NCBI GenBank assembly: GCA_948442015.1
Contig: CAOJRP010000002.1
Coordinates: 9,841 to 73,840 of the forward strand
Source of the DNA: an uncultured Erysipelotrichaceae bacterium
GTDB lineage: Bacteria; Bacillota_I; Bacilli_A; RF39; UBA660
Direction: 5' to 3'
DNA length: 64,000 bases
Shown: positions 1-11,865 of the stretch, one piece after another
How positions within the stretch are numbered: the first letter of the stretch is position 1
How the letters are laid out: every line of letters starts with the position of its first letter
Program-made: the position numbers and the translations under genes
The notes under the pieces: model-generated
The model's database searches: none
What the model saw: only the letters and a program-made list of their open reading frames with translations
Told to the model about the DNA's origin: nothing

Positions 1-351
1 AAAAACTTTGATAAGTTCCATAACGCTGGATATAAAGGATTATACAATGATGAAACAGCAGATGATATTGCAAAAAGAAAAGGTTTGAGATATCGAGAAG
101 ATATACTTGATAATATGGATAGTGTTGAATTGGCAGCTAATTTATTTAGAATATCTAAAACAGAGCAAAAGTTAAAAAAAGAAAATGTTAAAGGCGAAAA
201 TAAAGCAAATGAAGTTCACTATGAAGTTGGTAGTAAAGTAAGAAATACAATAAAAGAGTTAGGTGGAACTATGCCAGAAGATTTACCAACACCTAAGAAA
301 AGTTTGAAAGATTTAGAAAAAGAAAAGATAGCTAAAATAAAAAATTACTAA
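1..351 (+). CDS. dinD: DinD-like (DNA-damage-inducible protein D family) C-terminal part; the 5' end lies outside the window
   Basis: Frame 1 is open from base 1 (KNFDKFHNAGYKGLYNDETADDIAKRKGL...) and runs into listed ORF 85..351. The ELAANLFRISKTEQKL...HYEVGSKVRNTIKELGGTMPEDLPTP pattern matches DinD-family C-termini as I recall them. Confidence 0.55.
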   Translation, partial: KNFDKFHNAGYKGLYNDETADDIAKRKGLRYREDILDNMDSVELAANLFRISKTEQKLKKENVKGENKANEVHYEVGSKVRNTIKELGGTMPEDLPTPKKSLKDLEKEKIAKIKNY

Positions 352-453
352 GTCTTTCTATATTAATTCTTGAAAGAGTTCTGATGAAAGAATAATAGCA
401 AGAGTATGAATTGGTATCATAAAAATAAAAAGATAGTAAAGCTTATTAAAAAA

Positions 454-481
454 TTAGCACTCATATATTGACAAGTGCTAA
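454..481 (+). promoter_or_regulatory. CIRCE-like HrcA operator overlapping the -35 box
   Basis: Inverted repeat TTAGCACTC-atatattgac-AAGTGCTAA read directly. It matches the CIRCE consensus TTAGCACTC-N9-GAGTGCTAA, but the spacer is one nt longer. Confidence 0.7.
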
Positions 482-496
482 GCATAATATTATAAT
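468..496 (+). promoter_or_regulatory. sigma-A type promoter of the hrcA-grpE-dnaK-dnaJ operon
   Basis: TTGACA (468-473), 17-nt spacer, TATAAT (491-496). Confidence 0.75.
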
Positions 497-500
497 GATA

Positions 501-527
501 TTAGCACTTGAAGAAAAATAGTGCTAA
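501..527 (+). promoter_or_regulatory. CIRCE operator with canonical spacing
   Basis: TTAGCACTT-gaagaaaaa-TAGTGCTAA (9-N9-9), located between the promoter and the hrcA start. Confidence 0.85.
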
Positions 528-541
528 TAGGTGGTGATACT

Positions 542-1543
542 ATGGACGAAAGACAGAAAGAACTACTTAAAGAAATAGTTGAGAGTTACATCAAAACCGT
601 AAGACCTATTGGAAGTAAAGCTCTATGTAAAAAATTTAAACTATCATCGGCTACAATCAGAAATGAAATGGCTGTGTTAGAGAAATTAGGTTACTTAGAG
701 AAAAATCATGTTTCATCTGGCCGTGTACCTAGTGAACTAGGGTACAAATACTATGTTGAAAACTTGATGAAGCCAAAAGAACTTACTGGGGACGATGTTT
801 TAAAACTCCAAACAATCTTCAAAAATAATGAACTTGCTATTAGTGATACAATCAATAAATGTGTCGAAATAATTAGCGAGATTACGCATTATACAACAGT
901 AGTCTTAGGTAAGAGTTCTGTGGAGAACACCCTTCAAAAAGTAAGTATAATTCCAATTGAAAACGATAAAATCGTTGCTCTGGTTTGTACTAACAAAGGT
1001 ATCGTTGAAAACAAACAATTTAGTCTTGAAGAAAGTATTTCGGTTGATGAACTAGTTAAGACAAGTGAAATAATAAATAAAATGCTGGTTGGAGTTCCAA
1101 TAACAGAAGTAAGTCAGAGACTAGAATACGAAATTAAACCAATTATTGCTGCAAGAATCAAGCAATATGAAACTGTTTTCAACATTTTCTATGATGCATT
1201 TAATGATTTTAGTAAGAAAAATGAAGAACATGTATTCTTCAGTGGTAAATCTAATTTATTAAATCAACCAGAATATAATGATGTAACAGAAATTAAAAAA
1301 ATCGTTAACAAGTTTGAAGATGAATCTTTGGTTAGAAAAATCGAAGAAAAAGAGCAAGGAATTAATATCTACATTGGAGAAGAAAATGAATTTGATGATA
1401 GTGTCACAGTTATTAAGAGTAAATATAATATTAAAGGACAAGAAGGAACTATTGCGATTATCGGCCCTAAGAGAATGGAGTACGATAAAGTAGTAGCATT
1501 CCTAGACTACCTTAATAAGAATTTGAATGATGATGACAAATAA
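542..1543 (+). CDS. hrcA: heat-inducible transcription repressor HrcA
   Basis: N-terminus MDERQKELLKEIVESYIKTVRPIGSKALCKKF..SSATIRNEMAVLEKLGYLEKNHVSSGRVPS is the HrcA winged-helix signature. It is the first gene of the CIRCE operon. ATG 542 is preferred over the listed GTG 521, which lies inside CIRCE; RBS is aGGTGGTGa. Confidence 0.93.
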   Translation: MDERQKELLKEIVESYIKTVRPIGSKALCKKFKLSSATIRNEMAVLEKLGYLEKNHVSSGRVPSELGYKYYVENLMKPKELTGDDVLKLQTIFKNNELAISDTINKCVEIISEITHYTTVVLGKSSVENTLQKVSIIPIENDKIVALVCTNKGIVENKQFSLEESISVDELVKTSEIINKMLVGVPITEVSQRLEYEIKPIIAARIKQYETVFNIFYDAFNDFSKKNEEHVFFSGKSNLLNQPEYNDVTEIKKIVNKFEDESLVRKIEEKEQGINIYIGEENEFDDSVTVIKSKYNIKGQEGTIAIIGPKRMEYDKVVAFLDYLNKNLNDDDK

Positions 1544-1611
1544 TTTATGTAAGTAATTTTGGACTTACTATAAATAGTTATAAAACTCTTAGAAAAGAAA
1601 AGAGATGAATT

Positions 1612-2162
1612 ATGGACGAAGAAAAAATTGAAATACTAGATGAAGAATTAAAACAAGAAGAACAAAAAGAAGAAGTAAAAAAAGAAAAGAAAAAAAAGGG
1701 AAAGTTAGATAAAGAATTAGAGAGTTTAAAAAGTGAAAATGCTTTGTTAAACGATAAAATTCTAAGAATTAGTGCTGAATTACAAAACACGAAAAGAAGA
1801 GCCGAAGAACAAGTAAGTTATATGGCTAAGTATGAAGGCGAAAGTCTAATTAAAGAATTACTAGCTGTTATCGATAACTTTGAGCGAGCTATAAATATGG
1901 ATGATACTAACTTAGAAGATGAAGTATCCAAATTCTTAAGTGGTTTTAAGATGATTTACGCTAGTTTTAGTACGATTTTAACCAATTATGAAGTAAAAGA
2001 AATCGATTGTTTAAATAAGGAATTTGACCCAAATACAATGGAAGCTGTGTTAACAGAAAAAGTTGATGGAGTAAGTACAAATACTGTTATCGATGTCTTA
2101 CAAAAAGGTTATACATATCGTGGCAAAGTTATAAGACACGCTATGGTTAAGGTAGCCGAATA

Positions 2163-2163
<1 letters not shown>
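1612..2163 (+). CDS. grpE: nucleotide exchange factor GrpE
   Basis: Charged coiled-coil N-terminus, then AELQNTKRRAEE...LLAVIDNFERA...GYTYRGKVIRHAMVKV. Sits between hrcA and dnaK. Confidence 0.92.
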
Positions 2164-4491
<2,328 letters not shown>

Positions 4492-4534
4492 GAGAGAATT
4501 AATCTCTCTTTATCATAGTTATAGGAGGTAACTT

Positions 4535-5650
4535 ATGGCTGATAAAAAAGATTACTATGAAGTGTTAGGAGTTAGTAAAACTGCTACTGAGGCGGAAATT
4601 AAGTCTGCTTTTCGAAAACTTGCTAAGAAATATCATCCTGATGTCAATAAAACACCAGAAGCTGAAGCTAAATTCAAAGAAATTGGTGAAGCCTATGCGG
4701 TTTTAAGTGATGAAAATAAAAGAAAACAATATGACCAATTTGGCCATGCAGCGTTCCAAAATGGTGGCGGTGGAGCTGGCTTTGAGGGATTTAGCGGATT
4801 CCAAGGTTTTGAAGATATCGATTTAAGTAGTATTTTTGATGACTTATTTGGCGGTTCAATGTTTGGTGGAAGACGTGGTAGTAAAAGAGCTACAAAAGGA
4901 GAAGATTCCCTTTTACGTGTCAATTTAACTTTTGAAGAAGCTGTCTTTGGTTGTGAAAAAACTATTTCCCTAAATTTACTTGAAACTTGCGATGAGTGTT
5001 CTGGCAAAGGTGGGTTTGATGAAAAATCTTGCCCAACATGTGGTGGAGCTGGAAGAGTAATTCAAGAGCAAAGAACAATGTTTGGAACATTTCAATCGCA
5101 AACTACTTGCCCTAATTGTGGTGGTAAAGGTAAAACTTTTGCAAGAAAATGTAATAAGTGTTCTGGTAGGGGGCAAGTTAATTCGAAAAAAGAGATTGTT
5201 GTAACAATTCCTGAAGGCGTTGATACTGGACATCAATTAAGAATAAGTGGCAAAGGAAGTGCAGGACGTAATGGCGGACCAAATGGGGATATTTACTTAG
5301 AGTTTAATGTTAAAGAACATCCTTTATTTAAGCGCGATGAAAGTGATATTATTGTTGAAGTACCTATTACTGTTGCAGAAGCAGTATTAGGATGTAAAAA
5401 AGAAGTTCCAACAATAAACGGAACAGTTGTTTTAGAAATCGATGCTGGAACTCAATCAAAAGATAAATTACGATTAAAAGGAAAAGGAGTAAAAAATCCT
5501 AATACAAATAAATATGGCGATATGTATGTTATTATTAATGTTGTCATTCCAACGAAATTAGATCGTAAACAAAAAGAACTATTTAAAGATTTAGATAAAA
5601 CAAATTTAGAAAATAGTGAAGAATTCAAAAATTATAATAAATACTTATAG
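4535..5650 (+). CDS. dnaJ: molecular chaperone DnaJ (Hsp40)
   Basis: J domain DYYEVLGV...KKYHPD, a Gly/Phe-rich linker and four CxxCxGxG zinc-finger repeats. Confidence 0.97.
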   Translation: MADKKDYYEVLGVSKTATEAEIKSAFRKLAKKYHPDVNKTPEAEAKFKEIGEAYAVLSDENKRKQYDQFGHAAFQNGGGGAGFEGFSGFQGFEDIDLSSIFDDLFGGSMFGGRRGSKRATKGEDSLLRVNLTFEEAVFGCEKTISLNLLETCDECSGKGGFDEKSCPTCGGAGRVIQEQRTMFGTFQSQTTCPNCGGKGKTFARKCNKCSGRGQVNSKKEIVVTIPEGVDTGHQLRISGKGSAGRNGGPNGDIYLEFNVKEHPLFKRDESDIIVEVPITVAEAVLGCKKEVPTINGTVVLEIDAGTQSKDKLRLKGKGVKNPNTNKYGDMYVIINVVIPTKLDRKQKELFKDLDKTNLENSEEFKNYNKYL

Positions 5651-5651
5651 A

Positions 5652-5677
5652 AGATGGGTGACCATCTTTTTATTTTT
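5652..5677 (+). terminator. intrinsic terminator of the dnaK operon
   Basis: agatgg-gtga-ccatct hairpin followed by a T-run. Confidence 0.6.
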
Positions 5678-5811
5678 GCAATAATTCGATTTTTGCAAAA
5701 ATTTAGTTAAAAACATAACTTTTTTCAAAAAAATTCACGAAAAAAAGAGGAAATTACTAAAAAAGCTAGAATGTATATAGTGAAAGGTAATTTAACAAAG
5801 GAGGTTTTATA

Positions 5812-7350
5812 ATGAAGAAAATGTTTAAATTATTTTTTATATTTGCAATTATATTTTCATATAAAATGATTGTTAGTGCTAAAGAATTAGTTTTATCTTA
5901 TGCACCATTTTATTATGAAAGAAGTGAAGAGGGAGGTGAATATAAATCCTGGAAATTTCCTAAATATGATATTGATGGCGAAACAGCTTATTGTATTCAA
6001 TTTGAAATTCAGCAAGGAACTACTTATGAAGAAGTGGACTGGCAAGAAATGGGGATTGACGAAAGTAAAAAAGAAAGATTATTACTTATAGCTTATTATG
6101 GCTATGATTATAAAGGGCATGACAATGACTATTATAGGGCAGCAACACAAGGTCTTTTGTGGGAGTTAACAGCTCATAACAATGCAACTGTTAATTTTAC
6201 AACAGAAAGATATGGAAAAGGAGATTTAGTTGATGTAAGTCGGGAAAGAGAAGAAATAGAAAATTTAGTTCTTCATCATTATGATAAACCTGATTTTAAA
6301 ACAAATTATCAAGTTAATTTGGATGAAAAACTGGAATTAAATAGTTCATTACTAAAAGATTATGACATAGTAGATAATAATGGCTTAAAAGTAGAAAAAA
6401 GTGATCATAGATTAGTTATTGAGCCAGATAAGGTTGGTAATTACTCTTTAAAACTACGAAAGAAACAAGTATACCATCATGATTATCATTTTTTAGCTTC
6501 TACAGGTTATCAAAACATGGTATCAGCAGGTAATGTCCCTAATGTTGATTTTGATATAAACATCGAAGTTTTAGGAGGAAAAATAAAGTTAGAAAAGAAA
6601 GACTTTGATACAAAAGAAAATATTTTAAAAGAGGGAATTAAGTTTAAAATAAAAAATCTCGATAATAATGAAGAAGTATGCTTTAATTCTTCTTGTATAT
6701 TTGAAACAGATGAAAAAGGATCATTTACAACAGATGAGTTAAAATATGGAACATATGAAATTACTGAAATATGTGAAAATATTTATGGATATCAATGTAA
6801 CAAGGAACCAATTAAAGTTGTTTTAAATGAAAAGACAATTATTAATAATGTTGTTTTAGTAAATTTTTACAATAAGAGATCTTTAGGAAGTGTTAATATT
6901 CATAAAGAAAACGAGTTTAATGAGTCTTTAAATAAAATAGAATTTAATTTAGAAGCCTTAGAAAATATTAAATTTAATAATGAAATAATTTATAAAAAAG
7001 GAGATACTATATCAAAGTTAATTACTGATGAATTTGGTAATGCTAGTATAGATAATTTGCCGCTTGGTAAGTACTTATTATATGAAGTAAAAACAAAAGA
7101 AGGATATATTTTAGATAATGCAAAGTATGAAATAGACTTAACTTATAAAGATGCTTATACTACTCCAACTTATGAAAAAACTTTCATTAATTATGAAGAA
7201 GGTGGAGGTAATACAGAGATTCCAGAAATACCTAGCGAGGAAGTAGTAATTCCTCCAGTAATCGAAATAGATGTTCCTGATACAATGTCCTTGAATTATT
7301 TGTATTATTTATTTAATCTTTATGCCTTTCTAAAATCTAGAAGAAGATAA
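5812..7350 (+). CDS. secreted thioester-domain (TQXA/TED) adhesin with SpaA/Cna-B-type domains and an LPXTG-like C-terminal signal
   Basis: Signal peptide MKKMFKLFFIFAIIFSYKMIVSA. Thioester Cys motif AYCIQ (Cys codon 5992-5994) and Gln motif AATQGLLW. Two prealbumin-like modules (GTYEITE..., LPLGKYLLYEVKTKEGY). C-terminus has VPDTM, a hydrophobic stretch and KSRRR. Confidence 0.75.
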   Translation: MKKMFKLFFIFAIIFSYKMIVSAKELVLSYAPFYYERSEEGGEYKSWKFPKYDIDGETAYCIQFEIQQGTTYEEVDWQEMGIDESKKERLLLIAYYGYDYKGHDNDYYRAATQGLLWELTAHNNATVNFTTERYGKGDLVDVSREREEIENLVLHHYDKPDFKTNYQVNLDEKLELNSSLLKDYDIVDNNGLKVEKSDHRLVIEPDKVGNYSLKLRKKQVYHHDYHFLASTGYQNMVSAGNVPNVDFDINIEVLGGKIKLEKKDFDTKENILKEGIKFKIKNLDNNEEVCFNSSCIFETDEKGSFTTDELKYGTYEITEICENIYGYQCNKEPIKVVLNEKTIINNVVLVNFYNKRSLGSVNIHKENEFNESLNKIEFNLEALENIKFNNEIIYKKGDTISKLITDEFGNASIDNLPLGKYLLYEVKTKEGYILDNAKYEIDLTYKDAYTTPTYEKTFINYEEGGGNTEIPEIPSEEVVIPPVIEIDVPDTMSLNYLYYLFNLYAFLKSRRR

Positions 7351-7398
7351 ATTTTGTATTATCTTTCTTTTTTTGGGTAGAATAATAATGGTGATGTT

Positions 7399-7944
7399 AT
7401 GGCAAAAGTTTTAATAATAGTTGGATCAAGAAGAGAAGGAAACAGTTTTCATCTTGCTAAAAAATTAAAAGAAGGGTTATTAGGTAGAAGAATTTCTTGT
7501 GATATAATTACTCCTGGCAATCAGAAAATATATTTATGTACGGGATGTATGGATTGTGATACAAATGGTATTTGTGATTTTAAAGATGATATGGAAAGTA
7601 ATATCAACAAAGTCTTAGATAGTGATTATTTAATATTTATAACTCCTACAAGATGGAATACTTTATCAGGCGATTTGAAAATTTTTATGGATCGCTTAAA
7701 TCCTTTATATAGTGGTAGAAAGCTCGAAAACAAGAAAATGATTGCTTTGGTGGTTGGGTCAAAGCCTAAAAGCGCTTATTCAACAGATGGTGCATTAACT
7801 TCTTTAGGAAGTTTTGGAGAGGCCGCAAAAATGAATTTGGTTTATAAATATGAATTTAATGATTGTTTGAAATTTCAAGATATTTTAGAACAAGAAGAAA
7901 ACATTAAAACAGTAATAGAAGAGATTATTTCTTTAATAGGGTAG
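7399..7944 (+). CDS. flavodoxin-like NAD(P)H-dependent FMN reductase / iron-sulfur flavoprotein family protein
   Basis: MAKVLIIVGSRREGNS nucleotide-binding start; Cys cluster CTGCMDCDTNGIC; 181 aa. Confidence 0.65.
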   Translation: MAKVLIIVGSRREGNSFHLAKKLKEGLLGRRISCDIITPGNQKIYLCTGCMDCDTNGICDFKDDMESNINKVLDSDYLIFITPTRWNTLSGDLKIFMDRLNPLYSGRKLENKKMIALVVGSKPKSAYSTDGALTSLGSFGEAAKMNLVYKYEFNDCLKFQDILEQEENIKTVIEEIISLIG

Positions 7945-8016
7945 TCTTTTTTATTGTCTTTTGAAAAAATTTACTATATAATAAAAAAAGAAATAGGGAA
8001 GTATGGGGTGTTTTGT

Positions 8017-11000
8017 ATGGATGACCAAGAAAAGCCAAAAGCAATAATAAAAAGGCCTATTAAAGGTTCTGCAAGTTATGTTAAAACTAATTTTAAATTA
8101 GTTGATGGCAAAATGGTTTATGATAGAAGTTTTAAATCGTTTGAACAAGAAGAAAATGAAAAAATTATGGGTGCATATCAAAAAAGAAATGGTAAACCTC
8201 TTAAAGAAGATGCGACGAAGATAAGAGAAGAAAACGAAAGAAGAAGAGAAGAAAGTATAAAAAGAAGAAAAGAAGATGCCAGAAAGACGAAAATAATTGT
8301 TGATAAATTACAAGAAAAAGAAACATTAACTAAAAAAACAGTTATAAGTAAAACAAATAATACGAATACACAAGTAAAAAATGTAAATTTATTTGCTGAG
8401 TTAAAAATTGGCGAAGATGATAAAAGTATTCTTTTAGATGTTATTAAATATTCTCTAAGTGCAAGAGAAATAACTATTTTAAAAGATTTTTATGGTTCTA
8501 AATATGATGGGTTAAATCGAAAGACTAATAGTAAAGAAACTAAAAGTAATGCTAGAATAGTCATAAGTAAAATTAAACCAAAATTAAAAGAAACTTTAAA
8601 AATTAAAAATGATAAACTAAAGTATCGTTACTATTTACTTAGTTTTAAAAATGAAGTAGAGTATATTTCCCAAAATATCTTTAAAGATATTCCAAAAAGT
8701 ACTTTGGAAAATGCTTATAAAAAATTAACTGTAGAAGAAGAAGGTATTGCCAAAAAATATTTTGACTCTTTAAAAGGAGAAAAATTAACAGACGAAGAAT
8801 TGATTGTTTTTTCAAATGTTATTTTTCCTAAATTAAATGTATATGTTTTTAGTCCTAAAGGAATAGATGCTTATTTTAAAGTTTATACGACAGATGAACA
8901 AAAAGTATTAAGAGATATTGTAAAATTTCTTCCTAAAAGTTATTTAGAAATAATTAAGAAAAAATTTGGTGAGAATCTTAATGGTCAAAATACAGAGAAA
9001 CTATCAAAAAGTGAAGTTTGGAATTTTAATAAAACTATCACTCCTAAAATAGAGAAAAAATGTAAAGAATTAAGTGAACAAAAAGGAACTTGTGATTATT
9101 ATATATCTTTAATTAAAGGTTTTTCTTCTCTAAATATCGAAGCAAAATGCCATGTAAAAGATGAAATTGATAAGAAAATTCTTCTTAGTCTATTAGAAAA
9201 ACTTAATGAAAGAGATTTAAATATTCTATTCACGACAGAAGAATTGTCTAATATAACTAGAAATGAGTTATCATCCAAAAGATACAGGATAACTAATTAT
9301 CTTAAAAAGAGTATTATAGAATTAAGAAAAGTTTATGATGATCAAGAATCATATAAAATCCTTTTAGAACAACTATTAAATGGTAATCCAATAAATGAAG
9401 CAAGAGAAAAACAAACAGTTAACAAGCAAGCAGATAAAATAGATTTTACAATATCTTTTGCCCATTATCTTGAAAAAGTTTCTTTAAATATTTTAGCAGA
9501 TGTTATTAATTATGCTTTAAAAGATGACGAAAAAGAATTTATTTATACTTTATTTGCTGGTGATTACGAAAAAAGTGTGGTTACTAAGTTAAAAAATAAA
9601 GTTAAGAGATTTAATAAAATAAATATTAAAATAAACTCTTTTGTTAATTATATAGTAGATTTTCTTGAAGAATATGAAGAATTTCTTGATAGATTAAAAG
9701 CTTTTCCTAAAGATGAGGATTACAATTTGTATCAAATTAAAGATCTAAAAACTTTCTTAGATATTCCTTATGATGCAAATTTAAAGTTTATTCTTAAAAA
9801 TAGTTTAGATAAAGAAGAAAAGTTGTTGCTTCAAAAAAGATTTGGTTTAGCTTATGAAGGATTTTTAGCTAGAAAAATTGATAGTAAGGAAAAATATTCT
9901 TTAATGCTTATTAAAGATAAAATTATAAAACAATATTCTTTAATAAAAGATAATAATTTAAGTGATATTGAAAAATTAAAATTCCTAAAGGAAGAAGAAA
10001 GTATAAGAAAAAAAGGTCCTTCTTTAATTGAATATCTAAATATGAAAGAAGATGAAAAAGAAAATTTAGATCTTGCTCTTGTAACACTTATTCCTAAATA
10101 TATAGATATTCTCAAGAAAAAATTTGGCCCTCTTTATGATGGTATAAATAGAGAAAAGTTAAACTCTAATGAAAATAACTGTTTTTTTGAGTTGATAATG
10201 CCTAAACTTAGGGAAGCTTTTAGAATTATTAATGAAAGTGAGGAAGTGGAAAAAGAATTAAATAAATTAACAAGTAAAAATAAATTTGGTTATCGTTATT
10301 TGTCATTATATGAATTCTTTGAATTGCAAGAAGATGAGAAAGATACTCTTCTAACGATAGTTAATGATACTTTTACTACTGATGAGATTTCTTTACTTCA
10401 AAAAAGATTTGGTCCATTATATGATGGTGTAAATATTGAAGAGATAACGGATGAAGAAAAAAAATATATTCGTATTTCTTTACTTCCAAGATTAAAAGAT
10501 GCTCTTAATTCCCAAGATTTACCGCTTTGTAAGAAAAATAAGGTTTCATTACAAGAATATTTAGGTCTAGATGATGAAGAAATTAAATATTTATCTTTAG
10601 CTATTACTACATTAAAAGAAGAACATATTTTACTTTTACAAAAGAATTTTGGTTCATTATACGTTGGAGTTAATACTAAAGAACTAACTCGAAATGAAAA
10701 AAGTCAACTAGCTCAAACAATTAAACCAAAATTAAAAGAAGTTATCCGTTTATTAAATGAGGTAAGAGAAGAACAATTAGAAGAGGAATTAGATAAATTA
10801 ACAAGTAAAAATAAATTTGGTTATCGAAATTTATCATTATATGAACTTCTAGGTTTATCACTTAGTGATAAAAATGTCCTTATTAATAGTATTAATAAAA
10901 TATTTGATAATAACGAAATTTCTTTACTCCAAAAAAGATTTGGTCCATTATATGATGGGGTTGGTATTAAAGGAGTAACTGAGGAAGAAAATAAAATTAT

Positions 11001-11865
11001 TATTCAAGTTTTAATTCCTAAATTAAAATGGAAAATAGATAAAAAATTAGGAAAAGAGAAAAAAGTAAGTAAGAACTATCGAATAAAGTCTTTATTTACA
11101 TATTTAAATATACATGAAGAACAAAAATACATTCTTTTAGATGTTATTAATATTTTTTCTTTAGAAGATAAAAAAATGTTACAAAAAAGATTTGGCTCGT
11201 CATATGATGGAGCTGATGTAGAAGAAATTACCAAAAAAGAAAAAAGTCGTCTTACTTCTACAATAATTCCCAAAGTTAAAAAAATGTTTGAAATATTAAG
11301 TAGTGTATCAAAGGAAGAATATAAAGAAACTTTAAGAAATTTAGCTAAAACTTATCAAAAGAAAAGTTATAATAATACTTTGACTAGAAAAATGACTATT
11401 GAAGAATATGAGCATGAACAAAGAAGAAATCTGACGAAAGTAGTTGCTATCGAAGAAGTAGAAATAAAAGAAGGGAAAAAAGAAAGCTATGAAAATGAAA
11501 ATATTGCTTATCTTAAAGATTTAGTCAAAATATTAGAAGAAGAGAAAAAAAAGATATTTAAAAATTATAAAAAAGAATTATGCGCTAATAAATATAATTT
11601 ATCGTTATTTAATAGTAAACTAAAAATATATGCTTTAAATTTAGTTTCCTATGGTTTTACTAAAGAAGAAGCGATGTTTATCCTTTTACTTACAACAGAG
11701 GAATTAAATATATCTAAAGCAAAATTATTATCTTTATTAGGAATAGAGGAAGAAATTTTAAGCGAAATTTATCTAAATAGTATTAACAAAATAAAGAATC
11801 TATTAAGTAACGAATTAGATAATTATCTTTCACTATTAAAAGGAAAGAGGGATAGCTATGAATGA
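8017..11865 (+). CDS. giant protein composed of about 11 tandem sigma-70 region-4-like modules
   Basis: Recurrent (L/I)LQKRFGPLYDG(V/I)N...E(E/K)K...(I/L)PKLK modules. Motif DNA is at about 8478, 8951, 9822, 10110, 10395, 10636, 10926 and 11178. ATG 8017 (RBS GGGGTG) is preferred, because the listed TTG 7954 lies in promoter-like sequence (ttgtct...tatataat). Confidence 0.8.
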   Translation: MDDQEKPKAIIKRPIKGSASYVKTNFKLVDGKMVYDRSFKSFEQEENEKIMGAYQKRNGKPLKEDATKIREENERRREESIKRRKEDARKTKIIVDKLQEKETLTKKTVISKTNNTNTQVKNVNLFAELKIGEDDKSILLDVIKYSLSAREITILKDFYGSKYDGLNRKTNSKETKSNARIVISKIKPKLKETLKIKNDKLKYRYYLLSFKNEVEYISQNIFKDIPKSTLENAYKKLTVEEEGIAKKYFDSLKGEKLTDEELIVFSNVIFPKLNVYVFSPKGIDAYFKVYTTDEQKVLRDIVKFLPKSYLEIIKKKFGENLNGQNTEKLSKSEVWNFNKTITPKIEKKCKELSEQKGTCDYYISLIKGFSSLNIEAKCHVKDEIDKKILLSLLEKLNERDLNILFTTEELSNITRNELSSKRYRITNYLKKSIIELRKVYDDQESYKILLEQLLNGNPINEAREKQTVNKQADKIDFTISFAHYLEKVSLNILADVINYALKDDEKEFIYTLFAGDYEKSVVTKLKNKVKRFNKINIKINSFVNYIVDFLEEYEEFLDRLKAFPKDEDYNLYQIKDLKTFLDIPYDANLKFILKNSLDKEEKLLLQKRFGLAYEGFLARKIDSKEKYSLMLIKDKIIKQYSLIKDNNLSDIEKLKFLKEEESIRKKGPSLIEYLNMKEDEKENLDLALVTLIPKYIDILKKKFGPLYDGINREKLNSNENNCFFELIMPKLREAFRIINESEEVEKELNKLTSKNKFGYRYLSLYEFFELQEDEKDTLLTIVNDTFTTDEISLLQKRFGPLYDGVNIEEITDEEKKYIRISLLPRLKDALNSQDLPLCKKNKVSLQEYLGLDDEEIKYLSLAITTLKEEHILLLQKNFGSLYVGVNTKELTRNEKSQLAQTIKPKLKEVIRLLNEVREEQLEEELDKLTSKNKFGYRNLSLYELLGLSLSDKNVLINSINKIFDNNEISLLQKRFGPLYDGVGIKGVTEEENKIIIQVLIPKLKWKIDKKLGKEKKVSKNYRIKSLFTYLNIHEEQKYILLDVINIFSLEDKKMLQKRFGSSYDGADVEEITKKEKSRLTSTIIPKVKKMFEILSSVSKEEYKETLRNLAKTYQKKSYNNTLTRKMTIEEYEHEQRRNLTKVVAIEEVEIKEGKKESYENENIAYLKDLVKILEEEKKKIFKNYKKELCANKYNLSLFNSKLKIYALNLVSYGFTKEEAMFILLLTTEELNISKAKLLSLLGIEEEILSEIYLNSINKIKNLLSNELDNYLSLLKGKRDSYE
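10255..11316 (+). repeat. 531-bp tandem duplication inside the region-4-repeat gene (two units, two modules per unit)
   Basis: gaattaaataaattaacaagtaaaaataaatttggttatcg at 10255 recurs nearly identically at 10786. atttctttacttcaaaaaagatttggtccattatatgatgg at 10387 recurs at 10918. The period is 531 bp in both cases. Confidence 0.75.

Noticed and set aside
5900-6091. 63-aa plus-strand ORF inside the adhesin gene.
   Set aside because: It is out of frame within a long ORF that has clear domain signatures, and it has no independent signals.
7954-8016. Listed TTG start of the giant gene at 7954.
   Set aside because: This stretch reads as promoter-like sequence (ttgtct ... tatataat) followed by an RBS. 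ATG 8017 is the first start with a Shine-Dalgarno sequence.
8400-11300. Regularly recurring ~40-nt motif that could superficially suggest a CRISPR-like or other non-coding repeat array.
   Set aside because: The repeats are in frame within one long ORF. Their spacing is variable (about 240-470 bp) and they encode the conserved LLQKRFGPLYDG peptide, so this is a protein repeat.
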